From NCBI GenBank assembly GCA_051362555.1, contig CM120646.1, forward strand, positions 12,462,001 to 12,526,000: DNA of 64,000 bases. Direction: 5' to 3'. Origin of the DNA: Lingula anatina (taxonomy: Eukaryota > Animalia > Brachiopoda). The notes beneath the pieces were generated by a model that had not been told where the DNA came from, did no database searches, and saw only the letters and a program-made list of their open reading frames with translations. Positions 25,733 to 39,847 of this stretch are shown here, one piece after another. The stretch's first letter is position 1, and each line of letters begins with the position of its first letter. A program made the translations under genes and the position numbers.

Positions 25733-27031
25733 ATATTTTGGATTCAGTCCAACCTACAGTAATCAATGACTATTTGTGATTATCTACCGGTAGGTCAAAT
25801 ATGAGCACATGTCAAAGGATGCCAGATCCAATAAGATAAACCTGTGAGGATTATGCAAACATATGTTCCTAGATTTTTCTATGAAATGGGTGTTTTTGTT
25901 GGGGTACTTGAGATCTGACCTTCACCAAGCTAAAGCTGAAACTATGTCAAGACATTGGTCTTAGGGAATCGGCTTCAGGAAATCCGACATTGGCAGATGG
26001 CTTAGCTTTTGAAGTCCATCTGCTGTTAGAGTACTCCACCGGCAGTGTTGCTCCTGAGAAATTCGCAGGCAGAAAATCTGCCGCCCGTACTGACCGTATC
26101 ATCATCAAAATTACCAGAAGAACCCGCATTAAATCTGCCATTGCAACTGCTACAGAATTACGGGCTCATCATTTGCTTCGCCTTACCCACCTAACTTTGA
26201 ACCAAAGAATCGCCCAACGTGGCTAAAGTGGAGGAATCCTAGGTTAATATGTAATCATAACCACTGGTTATGAACAGGAGCTCAAAACCAGTGGCCATAT
26301 TGAGAAGCCCATTTAATCTCCAGGAAGTGTGCAATATAACCATGACTTTTGTTTCTTTTGTATTTTTAGTGATTAAAATAGTTTATTATTACTTTATCAT
26401 TATGATAATTATTTATATATTTTTTATCAATATGCAATGCAATGCTACAGCTGTACAATAAAGAAAAGTTGACATTTGTAAAAGAATCCATAAATTGTAT
26501 CAGGTGTACGTGAAAACCATTTAGAGCAACAGTGTATAAAATCTACATGAAAATCTACGTGAAAATCTCATAATATTTTTATTGGAATAAAAGAAAACAA
26601 CATACCAGTTTTTGTAGGCAAAACAAAAATATATGTCAATTTCATTAGTGAGCGCGTGAAATGCCGGGATAGTTTTGTTGGTATTCCCAGTTCCTACAAC
26701 AGCCACAACTTTACCTGGCTTGGTAGCCTAACGACATGAAAAATAAGGTGCAGTATAAAAACTGATTGCTTAAATGTTCAACGATGAAAATTAGATTTTG
26801 ACATATGGTATTGACGACGTCCAATGTGAAGTATTTATCTGCAGTATATACTTATCTTTCACCCATAACTATATCCTTCCGTAAGGAGAAGCGTCATGGC
26901 TGCGTTGGACATTTAATATTAACGGATAAACGCGAGGTTTCCATTTATAAAGAAAAATACAGGGAAATATTTAGGTTGTAACAGGGTGCTCAGTGAAAAA
27001 GAGCTTGTAAGGACTTCATTTGTTTTATATT

Positions 27032-27076
<45 letters not shown>

Positions 27077-27500
27077 TTGGGAGTTATTTTTATTATATTT
27101 GTATATCTCTCTTATGAGCCTTAATGCATAAGGGTTTTAATAAATTGAAAAATGGGCGTGACACTGGCCCTGCGCTGATAGAACTAAAACTACATGTAGG
27201 GAAGTGACATTTATCCATTCAATTGTGCGTCTTTAAAGAAAAAGACTTACCAAAATGGCCATTGACAGGGCTTCCTCGGCACCACTACACTCAATCGAAG
27301 TTTCGGCCTCGCACCCCATTAAATCTTTTACTTTGGTGGCAGCAGCTTGGGGGTCGTCGCTAGCCTTGACAAGGAGAGTGTGAGTTGCCCCCAATGATTT
27401 AGCAAAGTCAAGACGGTGCTGGAGAACATCTGAGCACACAAATACAAGACGTATAGCTTAACAGGATTGGTTATAAAAATTAGATTTGCTATAAATACAT

Positions 27501-27538
<38 letters not shown>

Positions 27539-28824
27539 TTGGGGGAAGGGGGGAGCGTAAAATACTTAACCTGTAATGCAGACTTTCGTCGCCCCTGATG
27601 CTTTAGCGGCAAGAAGCATTGCTATCCCAACAGGGCCTACGGGAAAATAATAATTCGCATTATGGTTGTGGCAAAAGACTATTAAAACTATTCTTAAAAG
27701 GTAATTCTTACACACACTTGATTTAACATAAACAAATTAGATCAGCTTAATAGGTATTATCCATGCAGACCAAAAAAGTGAGGTTGGGGGTTAATGGAAC
27801 TGTCACCTGGAACCTATTTTAATGTGTGCACGTTCACAATTGCATAAACATAAACATTATCAACGTTTGTTGTATAGGCCCCGGAATCAAGGTCGACTCC
27901 TGCACGCATACCAACATGAACATTTAATGACACCTTTGATAAACTGGTAGGAATTGCTGTTTTATAAACTTACAAACATGAATACTCACCGGCGCCTGTT
28001 ACAATTATGCTGGAGCCAGGTCTAATGCCTGCACGCTCACAAACATAAACACCGACCGCCAGAATGTTCATTAGCATTCCTTCTTCCATGCTTAGGCTGT
28101 CTGGGAGCCTTAAACATGAAACGATACGCACATAAAAAAAGGTTTTAAAAATCTAAATGACGGGCCACTGTATTCAAAACATACACATTAGTGTCATATT
28201 TTTGTCCTTCCGTTACACTTTAAATTTTTAAATCAACAGCCAAAGACAAAATTTGGATATGGCTTGTCATTCTTATTTCTACTAGCACCTGTGGCAGAAA
28301 TTGGCCGGGTGACAGCAAAGGGCTCGAAGCGCTCCGTCGAACCCTGGTGTCCCACAAAAAGTAACCCTGTTGCGACAAATGTTGTAGCGGCCGGACAGAC
28401 ATATCTCGCATTTACGGCATGCAGCAGCTGGCTCTGGTGTCACTCTGTCACCTACATGTTTGAAAATGAATAAATGAGGTCAGTTTTTTTCCATGGACTT
28501 CGGAGAGGGAATAATATGGGCGGCCAAAAGGGCAAAAATTCATGTCGTCGATTCAGTTATGTTTCGTCGATTCACTGCCTTCTCATCGATTCAGTTTCAA
28601 GTTTAAACGACCCTGTCATAAATTCAGCATCTACTTTCGTCAGTTCAATTGTCAAACATTTCTCGACGAAACATAACTGAATCGACGACATGAATTTTTG
28701 CCCTTTTGGCCGCCCACAGTAGAACCTAGGCGGACACTGTTAGGATGCACCAAAATAGTGGGTTTAATTAATAAAGCAATTTTAACTCGATCTGAAACAC
28801 TATCAATTTATTTGAGAGGACTAA

Positions 28825-28875
<51 letters not shown>

Positions 28876-30338
28876 TAAAACAGCAACTTTATTATTCTGA
28901 AGGTTAATTAGCTGGTTAACAATGAAAGAATTCTGAGATGAAAAGTGAGATGGTGAAAAATGCTCTTAAAATATATGTCAACAAAATGGTCAGCCCGTAC
29001 CTGCAAGCGAGTTAACATGCAAAATTAGTGAAATCGATAAATCCAACTGTGAAAAAAGACATAGCCTACTAGCGTCAAGTTTTGCATTTACCAATTTTCA
29101 GGCTTGTTACTCCCTCTCCGATAGATGTCACTGTTCCACTGAACTCGTGACCCAAGACGAAAGGTTCTTTGATCGCCAGAGTGCCAAGAGAGCCCTCTTG
29201 CAAATAATGAATATCCGACCCACAAATCCCAACGCAGGCAACGGCGATCTGTACCTCTTGATGTGACAATTGAAATCAATAAATGAACAAATGAATAAAT
29301 GCAGTCGATTAATTTAATTTGTTATGTAGGTGATACATGTAGCAATACGCTTAGTCTAAAGAAAAAAGGTTGTTCACAATCAGCACACAAAAAATCACAA
29401 ATTAGATGCGTGTTATGTTTAAGTTAAACAATTTTAAGTGCAAATATGAAATAAAAGCCTAGGTATTAAAGTTAGAATTTACCTCCCTTTCCTGGCAATG
29501 GGACTGGTCTTTCTTCCTATTATGATAATTATATGAATCAATGGACAGTCAGACAGACAGACAAACAGACAGACAGGCGAAGAGACAGATACTAAATTAC
29601 ATGAGAATACAAAAAATATTAATCAATTAATTTTATTCTCAAAAATATCCCAAAAAGTATATTTATAATATGTGGATGCATCAATAAACAAATGCATTAT
29701 TACACACGTGCATACACATATTTTAAGATGTATCGCTGATGTATTATAATACAAAAATGTATGCAGGAACACTGTGCACATGACCAACCGCTCTTCCCTT
29801 TTCGTTTTTTTTTTCACTTCCAAAACCTGCAGTTATGATCATAATATAAGTTCAGACTAACGGTAAATTGGTTAACGAGCAACGTTAAGGGTTTGCCAAA
29901 GAACAGGTTAGCTATAGCCTATAAGCTACATTCGAGAAAACCTACTGTGATACATGCTGCGGTTCTCGTTGGCTTGCCTAATTATTTCATCGTTGATTTG
30001 CTAAAGGTGATCCCAGTCTTAGATTTTGGTTCATTTATATCACGAACACTTTAACCTGTATGGATTTAATGGGAGCAGTTACAAGAGCCTTGTTTCTTAA
30101 CATCGGGAGTTTCGTAATAAGTGCATGGGGCGAATGTCACGTGCTCAAAATGAAAAGTAACAGGCTCCTGGCTGTCACGTGCATTAAGTTGAACTGCAGC
30201 AAAGTTCAAATTCCTTGCACGAACGTTGTACAGTCTTACACTATGTATTATATCGATATATGCATACATAAAACTTACCATTCGCAAATCATCCTTCCCG
30301 TAAATGACTGCTGCAAGCTGCATCTTGGAGTTCGACAT
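25184..30338 (-). CDS. SORD: Sorbitol dehydrogenase-like Zn-dependent MDR, copy A, 9 exons, 353 aa
   Basis: Exons 30279-30338, 29483-29516, 29092-29256, 28289-28451, 27990-28108, 27571-27636, 27251-27429, 26606-26727, 25184-25337 (1062 nt, open). Contains GICGSDIH, GHEFSG, the structural-Zn Cys cluster, the GAGPVG Rossmann motif, IECSGA and KPLITHRF. Exon sizes 34/165/119/66/122 agree with the SORD gene structure as I recall it. Confidence 0.9.
28517..28716. mobile_element. Internally deleted copy of the 18886-19771 MITE, in SORD-A intron 3
   Basis: Near-identical termini, with the left arm joined directly to the outer about 50 bp of the right arm. It is absent from the equivalent intron of SORD-B and SORD-C. 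Confidence 0.85.
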
Positions 30339-32084
30339 TTTCAATCACAGAATGTTTCAGTTATACTCGGTTGTCTGCAAACTTACACTGTAGAGATAAA
30401 GAAGCGCACAGTTTCTCATTTAATTCTATTTCTCGCACCTTTAATATTTATCCATATATTTTAATTGGCGTGAGTAGCGTGCAGTCCACTAGGTGTTCGA
30501 TGTGAAAACATCGGCTGTTGTGATAGAGTGCGTACTTATATGAGCGTCTGGGGTGGCTTATCAATTCAGGCCCCGGAAATATTTGAGACGGGATTGGGGG
30601 GGGGGGGGAGGATTTCCCCACCAGTAATGCTCCTTGGCTCATGACTTATACTATTGAAAAAATGGTACTTTTGGGGTGGGGTGGGGGCTCAGCTCCCCTA
30701 GTGCCCCTTCTCCGTCGCTTTCTAAACAATGCTTTTCTTTATAGACCTACAGTGTATGTACCCCAGTGCAGTCCCTTGATCCGTCTAAGACTACTGTTGA
30801 TTCGATTTATCTTTAGTGGTTGTTTCCGAACTGCATCTTTCTTCGGTTAGGGGTCTGGTTTAAAAGCAGTACACGTAATACAAACTTAATTGCTTTATAG
30901 AGGTTATGAGGTTATGAGTTTCGAATAAAAGAAAATCTTGCTTTGGTTTCTAATAGGCTTTATTAATTTGCCCTCAGTACATGCTATTCCAGACAAGTTA
31001 ATGCTACGCTGGACCACGTTACAATTGTCGCATCTTGATTTACCTCGCCACAAATGTAGCCACACTTTCCCCAGACTTATTCTAAGAACCCTTATACAGA
31101 GATGCCAACCATAGAAAGAATATAACCTTGAGAATATATTTTGTGTGCACAGAGCGCTATACCACATACATGTAACCAACCGTAACTGCAGTGCGTGTTA
31201 TTATAATTTGCAGATTCATGATTATCGTTCACAAGATTATATGTAACTGTATGTATTTTAAATTCGTACTTTGTTTATTAATCAAAGTACAAATGTCATT
31301 AAAATGTCATTTTCAAGTAACAACAATATGATTCTGGTTATTTTAAAAACACGAAAAATTTGACAGCAAACTAGCCTCAGAGAATCCTCTCATGTCATGC
31401 TCACATAAACCAATTGTACGTGACAGGAAAGGTATTCTGCTTGGAAAAGTAGTCCCTTCTGCATTATTTTGCACAAGTGTCATTCGTCCAATATACAAAT
31501 CCAAATAGTCCGACTACCCCTAACATGTACATACCATATGGGACCCCAGACGTCCATTCGTAAGACTTCCCATTCCTGTCACACCTGTACTATTTTCCTG
31601 TCAATCATCGAAAATATTCAACCCAACTATCGACTTCTATCTTTATACCTGTACGTGAGACAAGACCGAGACTCTCATCACAATGCACACACATACGCAC
31701 CACAACTTGCTCTCTTCGGAACACACCTTACAGATCCCCAACAGCAAGATGACTGCAAAAAAGAACAGATAGTCACACTACCTGTTCACAATTTATCTGA
31801 TATGTGGGTCAAATTCAGCATAAGGTTGCACATAGCGTTTTTAATAGTTGATAAACAGGCTGTATTGCAGCGTAGGTCACTGTATCAGTCCTAACGCCAA
31901 TACGCACAAGTTTAAATGGATAACAAATCTTCATTTTTATTTGACGAGAAAAGTGCCATAAAACGGCGAATTTCCCATCCTTTTTAATGGTTAATGAATC
32001 CGCTTATTCAAAGTAAGTTGTAGCGGACCACGAGTAAATGAAGCAACACCATTGGATAATACTGCCGTTTATTCACGCAGTGTG

Positions 32085-32150
32085 AACAGAACTGAACAGA
32101 ATCTGAACAGAAACTGAACAAAAACTGAACAGAAACTGGACAAAAACTGG
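32085..32150. repeat. Minisatellite, 10-11 bp unit AACTGAACAGA
   Basis: About six degenerate tandem copies. Confidence 0.7.
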
Positions 32151-33434
32151 TGAAAACTATAAAAAGAAAAGAAAAAGAAAAAAATAATAATAACAATACA
32201 GTGAAATAAAGATAAATAAACTAGATATACTAAACAACTTAATTCATGTGATCTTAACAACAAATAATTGATCTTTGCATGTGTGTAAGTTTTTACTGTT
32301 TATTATTTAATTTTAAAACACTCACACTAGAACAATATCCAGACTCGCTTTCTCCGCTAGCAACTGGCTGCTCAGATACGGCCATAGCAATCTGAGCTGG
32401 TACTGTAAATTTATTTGATAACATAAATATACATGTGCGTGTTGGTCATGAAAATGCCACACCCATACTAATATAAACTTTAATAAACACGATGCTAATA
32501 ACTTATGTTACTGATTAAACTTAAGTAAACTTATGTAAACTTTTGTAAACTACACAAAATATCTCTATATAATTGAATTACACTTTATTTAAACACATAA
32601 ATTTTACACAATCTACACGTAATATCGTAACATACCTCCACTCTGCCAATAAGTATATAAATGACCGCGCAGAGTACATGCAACATCGGCTTTTATACAG
32701 TTGATCACATGACTAGATGAATAGATGTTACTTAATATTGAGCAGTGTTTTAGTTTCTTCTCTAACGCAATATAAATAAACATAAGAACAGCGTGGAAAA
32801 TATAAAATAAAAATGATAACGTACTTAATTTCTGTCGTGTCGGCAACAAAGTTATTTGATTTTAAAAGTGTTTTTTGTTACAATATCTTAAGCGAACATT
32901 ACTTTGAGATGACGGTCCACATGGTCCAATAACAAGCACATATTTTAGAACAATTGCATTAACCGCATTTTTGGTGGTAAAATTAAATTTATTATATTCC
33001 TATTAGATGTTTAATTACAATGTATTTATTTCATATGAGGAGTTCTAATCCATTTAACTTTCGCCTAAATAAGGAGCACCAGTGATGCGGGAGCTCAAAA
33101 TATCACTTTATCTGCACACATACATGTTCACAAAGGTAAAATGTTTAGTCTCGCCACTTCTCATTCATGATAGCAAAGCTTGCAAATATACAGACACCGA
33201 ATAGGAAAACATGCACTGCATAATATGTTATAAACGTCGCTAGATTTTGACAAGGAGGTATGGTCCCTTTACCTATTAGACATACAATTTTGTATGTTTG
33301 TTAAGCCTATATATATCTAAACTCAACGTGTACTAGTACATGTGTGTGAAAGCAAATTATCCTGTCAAAAAATTTTCTTGTCAAACTTTGCTGATTTTTG
33401 TTTCATTCTATATGATAGCTGTCTTCTTTTACAG

Positions 33435-36400
33435 TTAATAGTCGTTACATGCGATGGCCACCTTCATCCCTTGTCTATTCCTGGCTAACTCAAACGCCTC
33501 TAAAGCCTTGTCCAGTTTAAATCGATGAGTGATCAGCGGTTTGATGTCCACTTTGCCAGAGGTCACTAACTCGATTGCGATTTCATGACTGAAATAGAGG
33601 ACATACAATGTACTCTTTATACATATGCATGTATTATATGAAGGGCATATACATGGCGCTCTTGTCAACTAAATCATCATATACTGAAATTGTTTTTTTT
33701 GACAAATGTGGCCTTTATTTCTTATCATGTTCCAAACAAAACGTTTATTTAAATGGTTGCCGTGTACAATAAAAGATAAATAAATAAATAAACATGAGAC
33801 ATGTGTGACCACCAACTCAGAGTTTCACATATATATATGTGTCTGAATAAAAAGGGTGAAAAGTTAAATCTTACGCGAAAATTTCATTATATTTTTATCC
33901 AAATGAAAGAAAACAACTTACCATTTTTTGTAGGCAAAACAAAAACATATGTCAATTTCATTAACTAGGGCATGGAATGCCGGGATGGTCTGGTTTGTAT
34001 TTCCAATTCCCACTACTGCCACAACTTTACCTGGCTTGGTAGCCTTGGAACATGAAAAACAAGATTCAGTACAGATAAAAAACTGATTGTTATATATCTA
34101 AATGTTCAACGATGGAAATAGAATTTGACAAATGGTATTTCTAATGGCCACTTTTTAGTATTTAACTGTGGTCTGCACCTATCTATCACCTTAACTATAT
34201 CCCTCCGTAAAAAAGAAGTGTATTGGTTGCGTTGAAAAATATGTTACAATCGCATAAAAGCAATGTGTCCATTTATATACATTTTGTAGAAAAATACAGT
34301 TAGGACGTAAAACGGTGCTCAGTGAAAAGGAGCTTCCAAGTGCTTCAAATGTTTGTTATTTCAGTAAAATTGTTATTATTATTATATCTAAAAAATAATA
34401 ATAATAAATTTGAGAAGTTGTTTCTTTTTATTATATGCTGAATATCTTTCCGATGAGCCGTAGGGCATTAAGACTTTAATAAATTAAATTGAGTTCATGG
34501 GTGTGACTCTGGCTCTGCGCTGACAGATCTGAAACTAGGGCAATGTGATTTCCACTCAAAACTATTCATTCAATCGTGCGTTTTCAAAGAAAAAGACTTA
34601 CCAAAATGGCCATTGACAGAGCTTCCTCGGCACCACTGCACTCAATGGAAGCTTCGGCCTCGCACCCCATTAAATCTTTTACTTTGGCGGCAACGGTCTG
34701 GGGGTCGTCGCTAGCCTTGACAAGGAGAGTGTGAGTTGCCCCCACTGATTTAGCAAAGTCAAGGCGGTGCTGGAGAACATCTGCGCACACAAATACATTA
34801 CATATAGCTGTACAAATACATGACTCATAGCTTACCAGGCTTGGTTAGTTAAAATGGATATGGAATAAATACACGAGAGAGAGAGATAGAGAGAGAGAGA
34901 GAGCGTAAAATGCTAACCTGTAATGTAAACCTTCGTCGCGCCTGATGCCTTCGCGGCGAGAAGCGTTGCTATCCCAATAGGGCCTACGACAAAATAATAA
35001 TGCGCATTATGGTTGTAGCAAAAGATTCTTAAAACTACTCATAAAAGGTAATTCTTACACACACTTAATTTTACTAAATCAAATTAGGTCAGGATAATAT
35101 GTTATTTTTCACGTAGACCGACAACGTTATGATATTCAGACTGTGCTTTCAATAGAGCTGAACTTTACTTAAGAATTTCAGTTATAGTCATTTTGTGTTC
35201 CTTTTTTTCGGTATTTCCTTTCAAAAAAGATAACAATATGTATAGGGCTTTATGAATAAATATTGGCACCACACAATTGCCACTAACCGCGTTTTTCAGA
35301 TTATATGCACATCAATTCATCATTCTGTAACGCTTACCATTTCTGTTATTCGCACACAATTGAGAGACATCTTTAATGTGTTCACGCTTACAAATGCATA
35401 GACATCAACACTATCACCGTTTGTTGTACAGTATGTGCGTCAGAACCAAGGTCAACGCCTGCACGGGTACCAACTTGAAGATTTAATAACACCTGTGATA
35501 AAGCATACATACTCACCGGCACCTGTTACAAGAACGCTAGAGCCAGGCTTAATGCCTGCACGCTCACAACCATGAACACCGACTGCCAGAGGTTCCAATA
35601 ACATTCCTTCTTCCAGGGTTAAGCTGTCAGGGAGTCTTAAACATGAAATGATGCACACATAAAATGGTTTAAAATGTTAAAACGGTAAAAAAAAAAACTA
35701 CAGTGCTGGCAATGGTATACAAACATGGCATATCAGTGTCACATTTTGCCCTTGCATGGCAATTCATAATTTCAAACCAACAGATGACAGCCAAAGACAA
35801 GACTCGGCTATGAAATGGCATTCTAATTTCTATTAGTACCTGTGGCAGAAATTGGCCGGGTGACAACAAACTGCTCGAAGCCCTCCGTCTGACCCTGGAG
35901 TTCCACAAAAAGTAATCCTGTTGCGACAAATGTTGTAGCGACCATCTACTACACATAACTCGCATTTTAGGCATGCAGCCGCTGGCTCTGTTGCCACTCT
36001 GTCACCTAGATGTTTGAAAATGAATAGATGAGATCACTTTGTCTTTCATGGACTTTCTTTGACTTTCATGGAGGTAAGATCTGAGGAGGACACTGTTAGA
36101 ATGCACAAAAAAAAAAAAAAAATTAATAAATCAATATAAACTCGACCTGAAACACTATCAATTTATTTGAGAGCACTTAAATTAAAAAAAAAACAAGAAA
36201 AAAAAACTTCATTATTTTGAGGGTTAAATCGCTGGTTAACTATGAAAGTATTCTGAGATGAAAAGTGAGAAGTTGAAAATGCTTTTAAAATTATATGTCA
36301 GCAAAATGGTCAGCCCGTAGCTGCAAGCGAGTTGCCATGCAACGTTCATGAACTCGGCAAATCCAACTGTGAACAAAGAAATAGCTTACTACCGTCATGT

Positions 36401-37137
36401 TTAGTATTTACCAATTTTCAGGCTTGTTACTCCCTCTCCGATAGATGTCACTGTTCCACTGAACTCGTGACCCAAGACGAAGGGTTCTTTGATCACCATA
36501 GTGCCAAGAGCGCCCTCTCGCAGTAAATGAATATCCGACCCACATATCCCAACGCAGGCAACGGCGATCTGCACCTCTTGATGTGTCGATTGGAATGAAT
36601 AAATGCACTCGACTTTTTTGTTACTATATTGAATCATGTAGAATATTGTAGGTGATACATGTAGCAATACGCTTTGTCTAAAGAAAAAAGATTGCATGTT
36701 CACAAATAACACACAGAAAAAAATCGCAAATTAAATGTGTGTAATGTTTGTCAAAAAACTCCGGTTACAAATATGAAATAAAAGCCTGGTATCAAAGCTA
36801 GAATTTACCTCCTTTTCCTGGCAATGGGACTGGTCTTTCTTCCTATTTTGATAATTACATGGATTAATAGACAGTCAGACAGACAGACAGACAAACAGAG
36901 AGACGAACAGATAGACACTTAATTACATCAGAATAAAAAAGATTAATCAGTTATTTGTATTTTAATAAATAATGAATATTCCATTAAGTATTCCAGAAAA
37001 TATACGGATATATCAAGCACGTTGCAGTTTTACACTACATGTTATATCAATATATGCATACCATACACAAAACTTACCATTCGTAAATCATCCTTCCCGT
37101 AAATGACTGCTGCAAGCTGCATCTTGGAGTTCGACAT
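33435..37137 (-). CDS. SORD: Sorbitol dehydrogenase-like, copy B, 9 exons, 354 aa
   Basis: Exons 37078-37137, 36809-36842, 36412-36576, 35840-36005, 35517-35635, 34918-34983, 34602-34780, 33922-34043, 33435-33588 (1065 nt, open). Same motifs as copy A, with LLEPLAVGVHGC. Confidence 0.9.
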
Positions 37138-37336
37138 TTTCAATCACTGAATGTTCCAGTTATACTAGGTTGTCTGCAAACGTACACCGTAGAGATAAAG
37201 AAGCGCACAGCTTCTCATTAAAATATTTTGTTCAATTCTATTCTTCACATGTGCACTTTTAATATTTATCCTGACATTTAATTGTCATGAGTATCGTGGA
37301 GTCCACTAGGTGTTCGATATGCAGCTGTCGTGAAAG

Positions 37337-37568
37337 AATATTTCCATGTAATTAGATCGATCTAACAGGATCAACCCATCTCCAAGGGGTTTCTCGATAA
37401 ATTGCTTTCAGGCATGCCTACTGAAGCGGCTAACGATAACTAATTAACCGTAGCAGCTTCAGTAGGCATGGCAGACATCTTAGACGCTTAAGCTGAATGT
37501 AATTTAGCGAGAACCCCTCGAAGATAGATCGATCCACAGTTAGTACGATTGGGTCTGGGAATGGTCTC
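37337..37568. mobile_element. Palindromic MITE family, diverged copy 4 upstream of SORD-B
   Basis: ATTTCCATGTAATTAGATCGATC...GATAGATCGATCC...CTGGGAATGGTC. It is absent from the equivalent position upstream of SORD-A. Confidence 0.55.
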
Positions 37569-38544
37569 CTACATTGTATGTACCCTAGTCCCTGGATCCG
37601 TCTAGGGCCGCTGTATAATCGATTTATATCTAGTGGTTGTTTGCGAACCGTATCTTTATTCAGTTAGGAGTCTGTTCAAAAACAGTGCCCGTTATACACA
37701 CTGTGCTTTAATGAGGTTATAAGGTTATGAGTTCCCAATAAAAGAAAGTCTTGCTTCGTCACAATTGTAGCCAGACTTTCCCCAGATTTATTTTAAGAAC
37801 CCTCCTACAGAGATGCCAACCTTAGAAAGAATTTAACCTAGAGAGTTCATATGTGCACAAAGCGCTATACCACATACAGGTACATGTTACCAACCGTAAA
37901 TGCAGTGCGTGTTATTATAATTGGGGCTAGCAGCTCGGTTTTCACATAAACGCCTCTAAATACAAATTCAAGTTTTATTTTTATATTTTTTCCGGGGCGG
38001 CGGCGGGAGGGGGGGAGGACGGTCACTTCGTAAGATTTCGTACTCAGAACCGAGAGAATCTGGAGAGCGCGAGACAAGATCTACATTGTATACTCAGGTT
38101 AGTCTGGAGAGTTTCCATGGAAACATTGCCTCATTCCAGTAGCCTAATGTTGGTTTCTAGATTTCTAGCCTAGTGTGCACCTGATGAAATAAAAACTATT
38201 CATTTCTGTGCCATTTAACCACATTCCCTGTATATCCAATCACGCTCCATGTCGACGGACGTGTGCGTCTAATTTCTGGGTCCCATGAAACAAAGCTCCA
38301 ATTAATTTAAATGCAGTTTAAGTCTTTGTCGCCTTCTTAACTTCAGTGACTGGTCGAAAATTGGTCCTTTAACTCAGGTCAAATGTTCTGGGCTATTATG
38401 ACGAAGACTTATACGCTATACACCATGGCGTGGTATTTTAAAATATACTGCTTTGTTTGGTATTTTTTTCACGTTCAATAAAAAATGAAGGTGACAGCCG
38501 AGCGTTTGTACATGCAGTCTGCTAGCATACATTAATTGTACAGG

Positions 38545-38693
38545 TGTGACAGGAAAGGTATTCCGCTAGAAAATGTAGTCTGTACCCCATTCCTCTGCAC
38601 ACGTGATCTTTGCCCCATGTACAAACCCCAATAGGGAGACCAACTCTTACCTGTACTAGTCATATAGGGCCCCGGGCTTTCATTCCCGTGACA
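38545..38693. mobile_element. TGT..ACA MITE with CAGG/CCGG flanks
   Basis: CAGG|TGTGACAGGAAAGG...CATTCCCGTGACA|CCGG. A paralogous copy lies at about 31420-31581 within the segmental duplication. Confidence 0.55.
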
Positions 38694-39713
38694 CCGGTAT
38701 TCTTAATTTATCCAGAGTCAATCACTCAATATACAACCCAACTATCGACTTCTATACGTGTGTCAAGGTCCGGACTCTCGTCAAAATACACATAAATACA
38801 TACCAGAACTCACTCTCTTCGGAACAACACCTTATAGATTCCCAACAGCAACCTGACTGCAGAAAAGAACAGATAGTCACACTGGGTTCACTATTTTATC
38901 TGATATGTGGGTCAAATTCAGCATAACGTTGCACGTAGCGTTTTTTTTTTTAAATATATAATAAGGTTTACTGTTGCGGTGTAGGTCACTGTATCAGTCC
39001 TAGCGCCAATACACTCAAGTGGATAACAACTTCATTTTGGCGGGAAAAATTAAAAAAAAAAAAAAAAAAAACGCCGATTTTCCCATACTTTTTTACGGTT
39101 AATGAATCCGCTCATTCTAAGTTGATTGATTTTAAACCTATTTTCGTTATAATCTTTTAAGCGGTCATTACTTAAGGTAGCCATCTATGAAGATCCACAT
39201 GGTCCGATGGCAAGCACATTTTTCAGAATAATTGCGATTACGGCCTTTTTGGTGGTCAAATGGGATTTATTATTTTCATATGTGTTGTTTAATTACAATG
39301 TATTTATTTCATTTGAAGAGTTGTTATCCCTTCAACACCAATGCTGCGCAAGGTCATGCGACCATTTTAACATCACACATCCATGTTCACAAAAGTTAAC
39401 TGTTTAGACTCGCCATGCACACTTCTAATACATGGCACCAAAGCTTGCAAATATACAGACACAAAATAATAAATGATCCACCTATTTGTAAAAAATAGTC
39501 CGATCTTGCCGATTTTCGACCCAAACCTACATCTTCCCTAACAAAACCACATAGAATTTCAAGCATAGAGTGAACAATTGTTTCAGACAGTACAGGTGAC
39601 GACACAAAGTGTGAGTCTGTAAATAAAAATGCTCAAGCCCATGACATGCTACATACAATAAATCATTGCCGTCATGACATCAAATAGCCACCTGTGTTTC
39701 AGTAAGTGACTGG

Positions 39714-39847
39714 TGTGGCAGGAATGGTAGTCCGCTGGGAACCAGAGTCCGTTTCCCATAACTTCGTTTCATATACCAACCCCAGTACTCCAACTAACCC
39801 TAACCTGTACAAATCATATGGTACCCCGGACTACCATTCCTGCCACA
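39714..39847. mobile_element. TGT..ACA MITE (Ginger-type termini)
   Basis: 20-bp perfect TIR TGTGGCAGGAATGGTAGTCC...GGACTACCATTCCTGCCACA. Relatives occur at 6556-6719, about 31420-31581 and 38545-38693. Confidence 0.7.

Larger units (their letters stand above)
24790..39462. repeat. Tandem segmental duplication carrying SORD-A and SORD-B
   Basis: Unit 1 is about 24790-33197 and unit 2 about 33227-39462. Both begin GTTATAAACGTCGCTAGATTTTGACAAGGA and end AAAGCTTGCAAATATACAGACAC, and their introns and upstream blocks align. Confidence 0.8.

Noticed and set aside
38270-38430. Faint resemblance to REXO2 exon 1 (VTEVKKA versus MSEVKKA)
   Set aside because: Only short patches match, there are stops in all frames, and chance cannot be excluded without an alignment statistic.
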